From positions 323,706 to 387,705 of the forward strand of contig CAVZFW010000010.1 in the NCBI GenBank assembly GCA_963774705.1: DNA of 64,000 nt, in the 5' to 3' direction. Positions within the stretch are counted from its first letter, which is position 1. Each line of letters opens with the position of its first letter. Below the pieces are notes generated by a model, which was not told where the DNA came from, searched no databases, and worked only from the letters and a program-made list of their open reading frames with translations. This DNA is from an uncultured delta proteobacterium. Lineage in GTDB: Bacteria > Desulfobacterota > Binatia > Binatales > Binataceae. Below, in pieces: positions 38,314 through 50,630 of this stretch. The position numbers and the translations under genes were made by a program.

Positions 38314-38736
38314 TCAATGCGGAGCGCGCAAGAGCTGATTGACCTGCGAGCGGACGCGCGCAACGCGCGCTGCCTGCTCCGCTTCTTCGTATTCCGGATC
38401 GAACATGCTGAGGTGCGAGAGCCGCTCCTCGGCCGGTGCGATTTCGTTTTGCGCGGCGAGGCTATCGACCGCGACAGGCGCTTGCGCTTCCAGCGCCAGC
38501 ACCGTCATCACTCCGTCCTTGATTTCGGCCAAACCGCCCACCAGCAGGAACTCCTCGAATTTCGCCTCACTCAGCTTGATGGTCAGGATTCCCGGGACCA
38601 GCGACGTGATGAAATTGGTATGCAGCGGCAGTACGCCGAACTCGCCCAGCGCACCGACCGCGGTGACTTGCTCGACCGCGCCGTCAAACAACACGCCGGT
38701 GGGAGTAACCAGCTTGAACTGAAAGGTGTCAGCCAT
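38314..38736 (-). CDS. atpC: F0F1 ATP synthase subunit epsilon
   Basis: FKLVTPTGVLFDGAVEQVTAVGALGEFGVLPLHTNFITSL. Follows atpD. Confidence 0.9.
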   Translation of the reverse strand: MADTFQFKLVTPTGVLFDGAVEQVTAVGALGEFGVLPLHTNFITSLVPGILTIKLSEAKFEEFLLVGGLAEIKDGVMTVLALEAQAPVAVDSLAAQNEIAPAEERLSHLSMFDPEYEEAEQAARVARVRSQVNQLLRAPH

Positions 38737-38745
38737 CGTGATGGG

Positions 38746-41090
<2,345 letters not shown>

Positions 41091-41125
41091 TCGTCAGGTG
41101 TTCGCGGTAATGCCGGCGAGCCCCG

Positions 41126-42661
41126 TCACGCCGCGTGGGCATCGCTGGACGGAGGCGTCCGGGTGCTGGTGAAGTTATCGAGCGCAGCGGCCAAGCGCTT
41201 GCGCAAATCGTCGCTAATTTCGCGCTTGGTAGCGATTTCTTCCAGAATGTCTTTGTGACGAGCTTCGAAAAACGCGTACAAATCGTGTTCGAACGGCTTC
41301 ACCTGATCGACCTCGAGCTTGTCGAAGTAACCTTCGTTGGCGGCGAATATGATCAGCACTTCCTTGTCGGTGGACAACGGATCGTACTGATTCTGCTTGA
41401 GCATCTCGGTCAGCCGCTCGCCGCGATGGAGCAGGCGCTGACTGGCCGGATCGAGATCCGAGCCGAACTGCGCAAACGCCGCCATCTCGCGATACTGCGC
41501 GAGGTCAAGCTTGAGCGTGCCGCCGACCTGTTTCATCGCCTTGATCGCGGCCGAAAAGCCGACCCGCGAGACCGACAGACCGACGTTCACCGCCGGCCGG
41601 ATGCCTGAATAGAAAAGGTCGGCGTCGAGCACGATCTGCCCGTCGGTAATCGAGATGACGTTAGTCGGAATATAGGCCGAAACGTCGCCCGCCTGCGTTT
41701 CGATAATAGGCAGCGCAGTGAGCGAGCCGCCACCCATCTCAGCGGAAAGTTTCGCCGCGCGTTCGAGCAGGCGTGAATGAAGATAGAAGACGTCGCCTGG
41801 ATAAGCCTCGCGCCCGGGCGGACGGCGGAGCAACAGCGAGAGCTGGCGATACGCGGTCGCGTGTTTACTCAAATCGTCGTAAACCAGCAGCGCATGACGC
41901 CCGCTGTCGCGGAAGTACTCGCCCATCGTGCAGCCCGAGTACGGCGCGATGAACTGCAGCGGGGCCGATTCGGAAGCGGTCGCGGCAACGACGGTGGTAT
42001 ACTCCATCGCACCGTAGCGATTGAGCTTTTCGACCACCTGCGCGACGGTCGAGCGTTTCTGCCCGATCGCGACGTAAACACAAAAGACGTTCTGACCCTT
42101 CTGGTTGATGATGGTGTCGATCGCCAGCGCCGTCTTGCCGGTCTGCCGGTCGCCGATGATCAGCTCGCGCTGCCCGCGGCCGATTTGCAACATCGAATCG
42201 ATCGCCTTGATGCCGGTCTGCATCGGCTCCTTGACCGGTTGGCGCTTGATGATGCCGGGGGCCTTGATTTCGATGCGGCGCGTTTCGGTGCTCTTGATAG
42301 GACCCTTGTCGTCGATTGGCTGGCCTAGTGAATTGACGACGCGGCCGAGCAGCGCCTCGCCGACCGGAACTTCCGCGATACGGCCGGTGCGCTTCACTTC
42401 GTCGCCCTCGCCGATCGCCTGTGGATCGCCAAAGAGCGCCGCGCCGACGTTGTCCTCTTCGAGATTCAGCACCATGCCGTACACGGAATGAGGAAACTCG
42501 AGCAGCTCGCCGGAGGCGGCGTTCTGCAGGCCGTAAATGCGCGCGATACCGTCGCCGCATGACAATACGCGGCCGGTTTCGCGCACTTCGACCGAGCCCT
42601 CGAAGCCCTTGATCTCACTGCGCAGAATGTCGCTGATTTCAGATGGTCTGATTTCCGCCAT
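41126..42661 (-). CDS. atpA: F0F1 ATP synthase subunit alpha
   Basis: GDRQTGKTA Walker [43 protein letters not shown]. Confidence 0.97.
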   Translation of the reverse strand: MAEIRPSEISDILRSEIKGFEGSVEVRETGRVLSCGDGIARIYGLQNAASGELLEFPHSVYGMVLNLEEDNVGAALFGDPQAIGEGDEVKRTGRIAEVPVGEALLGRVVNSLGQPIDDKGPIKSTETRRIEIKAPGIIKRQPVKEPMQTGIKAIDSMLQIGRGQRELIIGDRQTGKTALAIDTIINQKGQNVFCVYVAIGQKRSTVAQVVEKLNRYGAMEYTTVVAATASESAPLQFIAPYSGCTMGEYFRDSGRHALLVYDDLSKHATAYRQLSLLLRRPPGREAYPGDVFYLHSRLLERAAKLSAEMGGGSLTALPIIETQAGDVSAYIPTNVISITDGQIVLDADLFYSGIRPAVNVGLSVSRVGFSAAIKAMKQVGGTLKLDLAQYREMAAFAQFGSDLDPASQRLLHRGERLTEMLKQNQYDPLSTDKEVLIIFAANEGYFDKLEVDQVKPFEHDLYAFFEARHKDILEEIATKREISDDLRKRLAAALDNFTSTRTPPSSDAHAA

Positions 42662-42685
42662 AGATGTGTTTCCGCGTGCCCGCGC

Positions 42686-43222
42686 CTAGCCGCTCAGACG
42701 CCGTTCGGCGTCGGCCAGCCGGGTGGCAAGGCTGCCGTCGTAGATTTTTCCTTCCAGCTCGGCGACGACGCCGCCCACCAGCGACGCGTCAACCTTGGTC
42801 GTCGGGATAATTGTCTTCTGCACAATTGCCGCCAGTCCTTCCACCACACGGGCCAGATCCTCGTCGGTCGGCGGATAAGCAAACGTAAGCTTCGCGCGAG
42901 CGCGGCCCATCAGATCATCGAGCATGCGTGCATAGCTTTCGGCCATCGCGGTGACGTTGGCAACGCGGCCATGATTCGCGACTACCACCGCGAACGACCG
43001 CAGAGGGAAACTCAGATCGAGCCGCTCGGCGATTTTACCTAACGCCTCCATCCGCAATGCCTGCGTCACCGACGGCGATTCCAGTTGCGCCGCGACTTCC
43101 GGGGAATCGACGATCCGCGCCAGGCGTTCTAGCTCGGCGCCCCACGCTTCGAGCTGCGCGTGATCGGTCGAGAGACCCATCAGGGCGCGCGCATAGCGCT
43201 TGGCGACCTTTGAGCTTTTCAA
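42686..43222 (-). CDS. atpH: F0F1 ATP synthase subunit delta (OSCP)
   Basis: VAKRYARAL..., ...GGVVAELEGKIYDGSLATRL. Position between b and alpha. Confidence 0.9.
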   Translation of the reverse strand: MKSSKVAKRYARALMGLSTDHAQLEAWGAELERLARIVDSPEVAAQLESPSVTQALRMEALGKIAERLDLSFPLRSFAVVVANHGRVANVTAMAESYARMLDDLMGRARAKLTFAYPPTDEDLARVVEGLAAIVQKTIIPTTKVDASLVGGVVAELEGKIYDGSLATRLADAERRLSG

Positions 43223-43798
43223 CGCCCAGCCTCGGTGCTCAATTTTTCGACGAAGCCTTGCACCAGCCGCCCCTGATCCGCGGCCTCGAAGTTACGCTTC
43301 ACGAGGTCGGAGGCGAGCTGGCCGGCCGCGTGTGCAAGCGCCTCACGCACCCGTCGATTGGCATTCTCGGCCATCGCTACGGCGCTAGTCTCGGCGTCGC
43401 GTTTGATACGCGCGGCAGACTCCTGCGCGAGATCATAGATGCGTCCAATCTGGTACACGGTTTCGTCAGCGAGATCGGATGCAATCTGGCTCTTTTCGGC
43501 TTCGAGCTTCGCCATTCGCTCGGCCGCGCGATTCGCCAATTCCTGCGCCTCGCGAAACGCCGCGTCCGCCTTCGAAATGGTGTCGCGGATGCCGGTGGCG
43601 CGATCTTTAAGAATAGTTCTTCGCTGCGGGCACAGCGTATTTCCACAGGATACCCGCGAAGAGCAGAAAGTTTATGATGTAGAAAAGCAGCGCGCTCCAA
43701 GTGCCGCGTTCCTCGACCGCACCCTCGGCCGCGAGCGCGAGCGTCGGGGTCAGCGCCGCGCCCAACACAGTCGCCGCTATAACAATCCGTGACTTCAT
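43219..43798 (-). pseudogene. atpF: F0F1 ATP synthase subunit b; frame broken near 43610-43622
   Basis: The N-terminal TM part MKSRIVIAA...FLLFAGILWKYAVPAAK (ORF 43607-43798) stops. The coiled-coil continuation LKDRATGIRDTISKADAAFREAQELANRAAERMAKLEAE... is in the adjacent frame and runs into ORF 43219-43539. Deleting one a of aagaac restores it. Confidence 0.75.
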
Positions 43799-44255
43799 TC
43801 AGTTGTTCAGAGCGCTGCCGGCGTTGACCGGACGACCCAAAACGCGTTGCGCAAGTTCCACCGCCAGCGTTTGCGCCATCTGCTCGAGTTCACCCTGTGC
43901 GGCATCGATACTCTTTTCAATTCCGACCCTGACCGCATCGAGCTCGACCCGGGCCTCCGCCCGCGCCTCCTCGATCACTTTGCATTGCTTCGGCCTCTGC
44001 CTGTCGGCGCTCGGTTTCGCGCCGAGCGAGAGCATCGCGCCGAATCGCGGCCAGTTGCCGTTCGCGTTCCCTGACCGCCGTCCGCTCCTCTTCGAGCAGG
44101 CGCTCGGTCCGCTCGTTGAGGTCCTTCAGCCGATGTTCCCGATCGCCAAGTAATTTAAGAAATGGACCGAAGAAAATCCACCCGAATACCATCCAGAAGG
44201 CGAGGAAGGAAACGAGCAGGGTGGCAAAGACACCCCAGTCCGGCGGAATGTGCAT
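43799..44255 (-). pseudogene. F0F1 ATP synthase subunit b' (second b-type subunit); frame broken at the ttt run 43979-43981
   Basis: MHIPPDWGVFATLLVSFLAFWMVFGWIFFGPFLKLLGDREHRLKDL... (ORF 43917-44255) continues sensibly only in the frame of ORF 43799-44035 (KVIEEARAEARVELDAVRVGIEKSID...). Confidence 0.7.
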
Positions 44256-44333
44256 GTTAGGACGTCAACTCCACCCAACAGTGGAATCATCCCCGCGCAA
44301 CAATGTCAAGCTAATAATGGGTCGCCGGTAAAT

Positions 44334-44900
44334 TTAGGCCTGCTTCTGGACACCCGCGACCGCGACCCGCTCGTCTTTGGCAAATACCGTGACCTTCGCG
44401 CCCTGCGACGCCTCGGGCTGCATCGAGCAATGGCCCTCGAAAAGAGCCCCCTCGTGCACCACCAGAACCGGTGCGGTCAGGTTGCCGATGACCTTTGCCG
44501 AAGGGCGGATTTCGATCCGCTGCGTCGCCGTGAGGTCCCCGCTGATTTTGCCTGCAACGACAATCGAAGCGGCCTTGATTTGCGCCGTCACAACCGCCGA
44601 TTCACCAATCGTAAGGCTGTCCTTGCCGGTGATCTCACCATCGACCTGGCCGTCGATCCGCGTGGGTCCATCGAAGGAAAGCTTGCCGCTAATCTTCGAG
44701 CCACTGTCCAGGTAGGCGCGTTCGCTGGCGACTGGCGCAGGCGCCGGTCGCATCGGCATCGCAGGTTTCTCACTCGGGCCCGCGGTAGTGGCCACTACGG
44801 TCGGAGTTACCGGCTGCGCGGCCGGAATCGGCTGAGGTTGAACCCGCGCATTCGGATCGATTCTGACGTTCTTATCCGGCTCCTTGTTAAACAGCGCCAT
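44334..44900 (-). CDS. bactofilin family cytoskeletal protein
   Basis: ATG 44900 (MALFNKEPDKN). Pro-rich N-terminus, then beta-helix repeats IDGQVDGEITGKDSLTIGESAVVTAQIKAASIVVAGKISGDLTATQRIEIRPSAKVIGNLTAPVLVVHEGALFEGHCSM. Confidence 0.85.
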   Translation of the reverse strand: MALFNKEPDKNVRIDPNARVQPQPIPAAQPVTPTVVATTAGPSEKPAMPMRPAPAPVASERAYLDSGSKISGKLSFDGPTRIDGQVDGEITGKDSLTIGESAVVTAQIKAASIVVAGKISGDLTATQRIEIRPSAKVIGNLTAPVLVVHEGALFEGHCSMQPEASQGAKVTVFAKDERVAVAGVQKQA

Positions 44901-45187
44901 GATGGTTCGGCTCCTCGCGGGAAATTTGCAGCAGGTAGGCAACGGCCCTCACCCCTTCGACCGCACCCCAATTCACGCTTTCGCTATTAACTGATAGCAC
45001 CTGCGGAGTCAAATTTCACGCATCTTTGTCCTCACTCCCGGAACGGTGAGGATTGCCGCTTGCATTTTGTTCGAGACCGGGTCGCCAGACAAAGTGCTGC
45101 GAGTTGCGCTTGACTCGGCAACGCGAAGGGCGAAGCTAATTGTCATTCCCGCGGCTCGAGTCCGCATCCACACAGAGGAGTACCACG

Positions 45188-45586
45188 ATGGCGATCATTC
45201 CCGAGGCTTACCTTGACCTATTGACGGCGAAAGTTGCCTTTGCCAACCTCGCGACCGTTTTGAAAGACGGCTCGCCGCAAGTAACCCCGATCTGGTTCGA
45301 CTACACCGGCGGCAAAATTCGCATCAATACCGCGCGTGGCCGGGTCAAAGCGCGCACCCTCAAACCGGACGCTCACATCGCGATGGCGATAATGGATCCC
45401 GCCAACCCCTACCGCTACGTCCAGATTCGCGGGCGCGTCCTGTCCGCCACCGAGAAAGGCGCCGACGCACACATCGATTCGCTGGCGAAAAAATACCTGG
45501 GCAAGGATAAGTACCCGTTCTCCCAACCCGGCGACGTCCGCGTGATGTACGAAATCGAGCCGACCTCAGCGCAGGCGATGGGCTGA
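45188..45586 (+). CDS. PPOX-class (pyridoxamine-phosphate-oxidase fold) probable F420-dependent enzyme
   Basis: AGAGGAG RBS before ATG 45188. FANLATVLKDGSPQVTPIWFDYTGGKIRINTARGRVKARTL...YVQIRGRV. Confidence 0.7.
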   Translation: MAIIPEAYLDLLTAKVAFANLATVLKDGSPQVTPIWFDYTGGKIRINTARGRVKARTLKPDAHIAMAIMDPANPYRYVQIRGRVLSATEKGADAHIDSLAKKYLGKDKYPFSQPGDVRVMYEIEPTSAQAMG

Positions 45587-45664
45587 CCGCAGGACCGGCA
45601 AGTGAAGTGCGAGGCGGGACGCGATCGTGCGGGCCGCCTCGCACGTCGTGAACGCTCACTTAGG

Positions 45665-45871
45665 CTACATCAGCTTGCGCTGCGTCGGGTCGTCCTTCTG
45701 GATGGTGTCGCCGCAGGTCGAACCGCAATCTGGACAAAGGTACTCATATTTGTCGCCCTCGGGCAGGACCAGCAGCAGGCGCTTGCGCACCTTCACCGCC
45801 CGATTGCATTTGGGACAGGCGAGCAGACTCGCCTCGAAGCGTTCGAACGCCGGCCGTCGATTCTGCGTCAT
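45665..45871 (-). CDS. small zinc-ribbon protein
   Basis: CPKC...(22 aa)...CPDC in a 68-aa ORF. Confidence 0.5.
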   Translation of the reverse strand: MTQNRRPAFERFEASLLACPKCNRAVKVRKRLLLVLPEGDKYEYLCPDCGSTCGDTIQKDDPTQRKLM

Positions 45872-45978
45872 AGCGTGATGCTCTCACGATAAAGTTGCCA
45901 TCAAAAGTGCTTTTCGGCAACTTCCCCAGAGCTTGAAATAATGTTCACTTTTGAAATAGGCGAGATCACCGGACTGCA

Positions 45979-46212
45979 ATGAATTACCCTGATGGCAACA
46001 AGGTGATTTTAGGAGATAGGCTGAAGCTTTGGGACGGTTGCTGCGGCACGGTCGTTTGTTCCATCGAAGATGGCCAGTACACCGCTGAATATCCTGAGGA
46101 CCAATGGTCGCACTTGCGAAGCGGGGTTTTGATCGACTCGAGCAAGGCGGGGCTTATTCATTACACCGAGCCCGAGAGTTCGTTTGAACTGATCAGGCGC
46201 AAATCAACCTGA
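45979..46212 (+). CDS. hypothetical 77-aa protein (visibly lower GC than its neighbours)
   Basis: ATG-initiated ORF MNYPDGNKVILGDRLKLWDGCCGTVVCSIEDGQYTAEYPED... No family recognised. Confidence 0.35.
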   Translation: MNYPDGNKVILGDRLKLWDGCCGTVVCSIEDGQYTAEYPEDQWSHLRSGVLIDSSKAGLIHYTEPESSFELIRRKST

Positions 46213-46233
46213 CCAGTACCGAGACTGATGGTT

Positions 46234-46948
46234 CTACTTCGCGTCGTGGAAAATGATGCCGAGGGTGAATCGCAGCCCGGACTTGAGCCGGCTGACGCCG
46301 TGGCGTACGTTGACGCGATAATAGCCGCGCGCGCCGCGCACCGGACGCCAGCGGGTAGCGAATATGATCGCCTCGCCTTGGTCGAGCGTGATGGCCTCGC
46401 CGCGCGATTGCGCTCGGGGCCGCTGTTCCGTCAGCAGGAATTCGCCGCCGCTGAAATCCGCCTCGCGCCGGCTCAACACGATCGTCATCTGGATTGGAAA
46501 GAAGATCTCGCCGTAGAGATCCTGATGCATGCAGTTGTAGCCGCCGGCCGCGTAACGCAGCATCAGCGGCGTCGGCCTGGTCTGCCCCGCGCGATGGCAA
46601 AGGTCCGATAAAATCGCTGAGCGCCGGCGGAAAGCCTTCGCCCAGGCGCATCGCACGCATCCAGTCTGACGCAATCGGCGCGAGCCGATCGTAAAGAGTC
46701 GTGCGCATCGCGGCGACCAGCGGTGGAAGCGGTGCGGCGAAATATTTGTATTCGCCAAGCCCGTAGCCGAAGCGTTCCATCACGATTCGATTGCGAAAGA
46801 CCTCGCGACGCTCGTAGAGGGCAATCAGTTCGGCGCATTCGGCAGGCGTCAGCAGAGCCGGCGTGGTGGCATGTCCGCGATCGTCGAGCGCGGTGCGGAT
46901 CGCGGCCCAGTCGAGCCGCTCGATGCGCTCATCTATATTTCCAGACAT
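46234..46948 (-). pseudogene. 2OG-Fe(II) oxygenase family protein; frame broken at ~46605
   Basis: The N-terminal part from ATG 46948 is MSGNIDERIERLDWAAIRTALDDRGH...GFPPALSDFI. The C-terminal catalytic part is in the next frame (LCHRAGQTRPTPLMLRYAAGGYNCMHQDLYG...VRHGVSRLKSGLRFTLGIIFHDA, HxD...H). Dropping one g of ggac restores it. Confidence 0.7.
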
Positions 46949-47134
46949 CGTTAATTCGCTTCGCTGCGCACTTATCGGTCTCTTGATCGCAGGCATTATG
47001 CTTGTGGAATCAGTTAATGCGACAGCCGCACCAAATCGATTCATGCGCAATACAACCCCGTAAACCCCTCAAACGTGAAGCGCAAGCGCGTTGTGCCGCC
47101 GCCGCCCGATAGCCTATCATTCGACGATATCCGC

Positions 47135-48464
47135 ATGGCTGACAACGGAAATGATGCGCCGGCGCGGGTCTGGCTCGAGACCTACGGCTGCCAGATGAAC
47201 GTCGCGGACTCGCAATTGATCACCGGCGTGCTGCGGCGCGCCGGGCTACGCGGCGGCGACGAAGTCTCGAAGAAGCCGACGTCATCCTGCTCAACACCTG
47301 CGCCATCCGCGAGCACGCCGAGGAGCGCGTGATCGGACGGCTGGGCGATCTTGCGCGGCTCAAGCAAGCGCGCCCGGAGGTCAAGCTCGGGCTGCTCGGA
47401 TGCATGGCGCAGCATAATCGCGCGGCGCTGGTCGAAAAGGCGCCATGGCTGGATCTGGTGGCGGGTCCCGACACCTATCGGCGCCTGCCCGAATTGCTCG
47501 GCGGCAGCGGCTTCGACGCGACCGTCGATGTGCGCCTCAACCGCGCGGAGACCTACGCCGACCTCTCGCCCGATTATGCGAGCGGCGTGCGCGCCTACGT
47601 CACCGCGATGCGCGGGTGCGACAAGTTTTGCGCCTTCTGCGTGGTGCCCTACGTGCGCGGCCGCGAGCGCAGCGTGCCGCCGGCCGATATCATTCGCGAG
47701 GTCCGCGATCTCGCGGCGCGCGGCGTCAAGGAGATGGTCCTGCTGGGGCAGACCGTCAACGCGTACCGCTCCGACCAGGTAGGCTTCGGCGAGTTGCTAC
47801 GGATGGTCGCGGCGGTGGACGGCGTCGAACGGATTCGCTTCACTTCGCCGCATCCAAGTGACATGTCGCAATCGGTTATCGACGCGATGGCTTCCGAGCC
47901 CAAAGTCCAGCCGTATCTGCATCTGCCACTGCAATCGGGATCCGATCGCGTTCTTGCTGCAATGGAACGCGGCTACACCGCGGCTGAATATCTTGATTTG
48001 GTGGCGCGCGGTGCGCGCGGCGATTCCGCGGATCGCGCTCTCGACCGACATCATCGTCGGGCTTTCATGGCGAGGAGGAGAGCGACTTCCGCGCGACCCT
48101 CGATCTGATGCGCGCGGTCGCTTACGACTCGGCCTTCACCTTCAAATATTCGGTGCGCGATCACACGCGCGCATATCGCCTGGGCGATACGGTCAGCGAG
48201 GCCGAGAAGCAGCGGCGGCTGAACGAAGTGATGGCGCTGCAGGAAGCAAGCTCGCTCGCCTTATATCGGGCGACCGTCGGACAGGAGTTCCCTGTATTGG
48301 TGGAAGGATCGGCGCGGCGCGGCATCGGCATGCTCGCGGGCAAAACGCCGCAATACAAGACGGCCATCTTCCCCGCGCGCATGGGCATCTCGGCCGGCGA
48401 CACGGTCACGGTGCGCGTCGCGTCGGCGACCACTCACACCCTCACCTGCACATTGGCAGAGTAA
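47135..48464 (+). pseudogene. miaB: tRNA (i6A37) methylthiotransferase MiaB; three frame breaks (~47267, ~48010, ~48060)
   Basis: VWLETYGCQMNVADSQ | EEADVILLNTCAIREHAEERV...MRGCDKFCAFCVVPYVRGRERS (radical SAM CxxxCxxC)...LHLPLQSGSDRVL | VRAAIPRIALSTDIIVG | FHGEEESDFRATLDLMRAVAYDSAFTFKYS... The protein is spread over frames 2, 1, 2 and 0. Colinear with E. coli MiaB from memory. Confidence 0.85.
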
Positions 48465-48470
48465 TCGGCG

Positions 48471-49241
48471 TCAGGTATTCGAACGACCTTGCGCGCCGTC
48501 AACGGGAATCGTCGCGCCGGTGATCCAACTCGCGCGCGGCGACGCCAGCATTACGACCGCGTAGGCGACCTCGTCCGGACGCCCGAGCCGTCCCGCCGGA
48601 AATTCGTGCGCGATAAAATCCTTTTCGAACTCGGGATTCTGCTTAAACAATCCGTCCCACGTTCCGCCTGGATAAATGATCGATCCCGGCGCGATCGAAT
48701 TGACGCGCACCGCCTTCTTGCCGAGCTCGCGGGCCAGCCCCTTGGTGAACGAAATCATCGCAGCCTTCGAGGCGTTGTAGCTGATCGGTCCACCGGCCTC
48801 GCGGCCGTAAATCGAGCTGATATTGATAATCGAACCACCGCCGCGCTTTTCCATTTCGACCGCACACAGACGCGACAGGCGCACCGCGGAAAAGAAATTG
48901 AGCTCGAAGGCCGCCATCCAGCCCGCATCGTCGAGTTGCTGATTGGTACCGATGCGCGCGCCGCCCGCATTATTGACCAGGATATCCACGCCGCCATGAG
49001 CCTTCACGGTGTTTGCCGTCCAGCGCTCCATCGCGGCTGCATCGTTGATGTCGGCGGCCTCGGCGAACACGTGATGGCCCGCACCCTTCAGTTCCGCCAC
49101 GGCCGCGTTGAGCGCCTCCGCGCCCCGCGCGCACAAGCTCAGCCGAACACCCTCGGCGGCGAGCGCGAGCGCCATCGCGCGGCCTAGTCCACGGCTCGCG
49201 CCGGTGATCATCGCGACCTTGCCGCTCAATCCCAGATCCAT
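48471..49241 (-). CDS. SDR family oxidoreductase
   Basis: ITGASRGLGRAMA, NNAG, YNASKAA. Confidence 0.85.
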   Translation of the reverse strand: MDLGLSGKVAMITGASRGLGRAMALALAAEGVRLSLCARGAEALNAAVAELKGAGHHVFAEAADINDAAAMERWTANTVKAHGGVDILVNNAGGARIGTNQQLDDAGWMAAFELNFFSAVRLSRLCAVEMEKRGGGSIINISSIYGREAGGPISYNASKAAMISFTKGLARELGKKAVRVNSIAPGSIIYPGGTWDGLFKQNPEFEKDFIAHEFPAGRLGRPDEVAYAVVMLASPRASWITGATIPVDGAQGRSNT

Positions 49242-49449
49242 CGTGTTTCCTCCATGGCTTGCGAAAATCCCTGCTGGGCGATCCGTTTAGCGCTCTCATT
49301 GACGACGCACGAAGTTCGCCCTGCTGCGAACGCTTAATTACATGGTCGTGACGAATTTTCCCACTGATGCACCAGCGCGATGCAGCAGTTGACACTCGGT
49401 AGAGGCGCCCCTATTCTCATCTGTCTAGTCCGAACGTCAACGGAGGGTT

Positions 49450-49647
49450 ATGGAAATCAGGGTCGAAGGTTCCCTCGACCAGGCGATGCGTGTGCTCAAG
49501 CGCAAGCTCGCCAAAGAGGGGGTATTCAAGGAAATGAAGAAGCGGGCTTTCTACGAGAAGCCCAGTGTGCGCCGCAAGCGCAAACGCTCCGAGGCGCAAC
49601 GACGACGGCGCAAGGAGCAACGGCGGCGGCGGGCATCCGCTATCTGA
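49450..49647 (+). CDS. rpsU: 30S ribosomal protein S21
   Basis: MEIRVEGSLDQAMRVLKRKLAKEGVFKEMKKRAFYEKPSVRRKRK. GGAGGG RBS. Confidence 0.9.
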   Translation: MEIRVEGSLDQAMRVLKRKLAKEGVFKEMKKRAFYEKPSVRRKRKRSEAQRRRRKEQRRRRASAI

Positions 49648-49832
49648 TTTCCCCTCGGCGCGGCAGCCGCTCCCCTTCACACATCATTAGTGAATCATGT
49701 TGCGCTGATCTCAGCGATTTAGAACACAGGTTCAATCGCGGCGCTCAGCCATCGCGAGAGCCGACCGCAACAATCTTAAGGTACACCGGCTCGACGCGCT
49801 CGCCTTTGCGGGTCGATTTACGAGCCGTTAAT

Positions 49833-50630
49833 CTAGCGTTTTGATTGTCCGGGTGCTGCCGTAGCGGTGTTGAGCGGTCGCCAGGAAAACATCACACGCC
49901 GATTCGTCACATAGCAATCCAGATCGAAATGCGAGAGGCCAAACGCCGCGCGCATCGCGCGGAAATCTTCGATTTGACGCTGCAGGCGATCGGATACCGA
50001 CGTTGATGGATGGTTCGCCGATTTGAGACGCGAGGCGCATACCGGCGACAGGTCAACGGTGAGGCATCGCGGACCTTGGTGGGCCGCGCAAGCTTCCACG
50101 CCGAACTCCAGGCAGGCGCATTCCAGACACAGCCGCGCCGTGGAAACTCGGTTCGCTCCCTCGCGCTCAAAATCTTGGAGCCCCACGGCACATTCCGCCC
50201 AAGCCTCGCGTGCACGGCTCGTCGAATAGCGGCGAATCGCCCGGGCGACCCGGCTGAGCGTCGCGGGGTCGGCATTGGCGGCCATATCGAGGATCGATTG
50301 ATTGTCAGATTCGAGGGCAGGGCCGAATTGTTGAGCCAGAAAGTTGCGTAGGTTGATTGGAAGCTTACATTCAGCGTGCAAACACGATGCTTCGATTATC
50401 GGGACGGGCAGCGGGAGTTTGCCGAATACGGGAAGTTCTGAACTTCGCAGGAGACCCGCACGCCGCAGCGTTGCTGGTGCCCCCGGGACGATTCGAGAGG
50501 CATTAGCGCCTCTACGCACCAAAGGTCCGGTCCGCAAGGTGACAACCTCCTTCGGCCTCGACTGGAACTGATGCGCAGCCTCGGCGGCTGGCGCAGCTCC
50601 CGTCGCACGGGAAATTCTGATGCTACTCAT
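49833..50630 (-). CDS. hypothetical Cys-rich protein
   Basis: Long ORF (track GTG start 50684; first ATG 50630). Contains RLCLECACLEFGVEACAAHQGPRC. No family recognised. Confidence 0.35.
   Translation of the reverse strand: MSSIRISRATGAAPAAEAAHQFQSRPKEVVTLRTGPLVRRGANASRIVPGAPATLRRAGLLRSSELPVFGKLPLPVPIIEASCLHAECKLPINLRNFLAQQFGPALESDNQSILDMAANADPATLSRVARAIRRYSTSRAREAWAECAVGLQDFEREGANRVSTARLCLECACLEFGVEACAAHQGPRCLTVDLSPVCASRLKSANHPSTSVSDRLQRQIEDFRAMRAAFGLSHFDLDCYVTNRRVMFSWRPLNTATAAPGQSKR

Noticed and set aside
46193-47050. 285-aa ORF taken as one intact protein
   Set aside because: Its C-terminal ~115 aa (GPLPSRGADQADAADAALRGRR...) is out-of-frame nonsense. The conserved 2OG-oxygenase core is in ORF 46234-46758, and the real start is ATG 46948.
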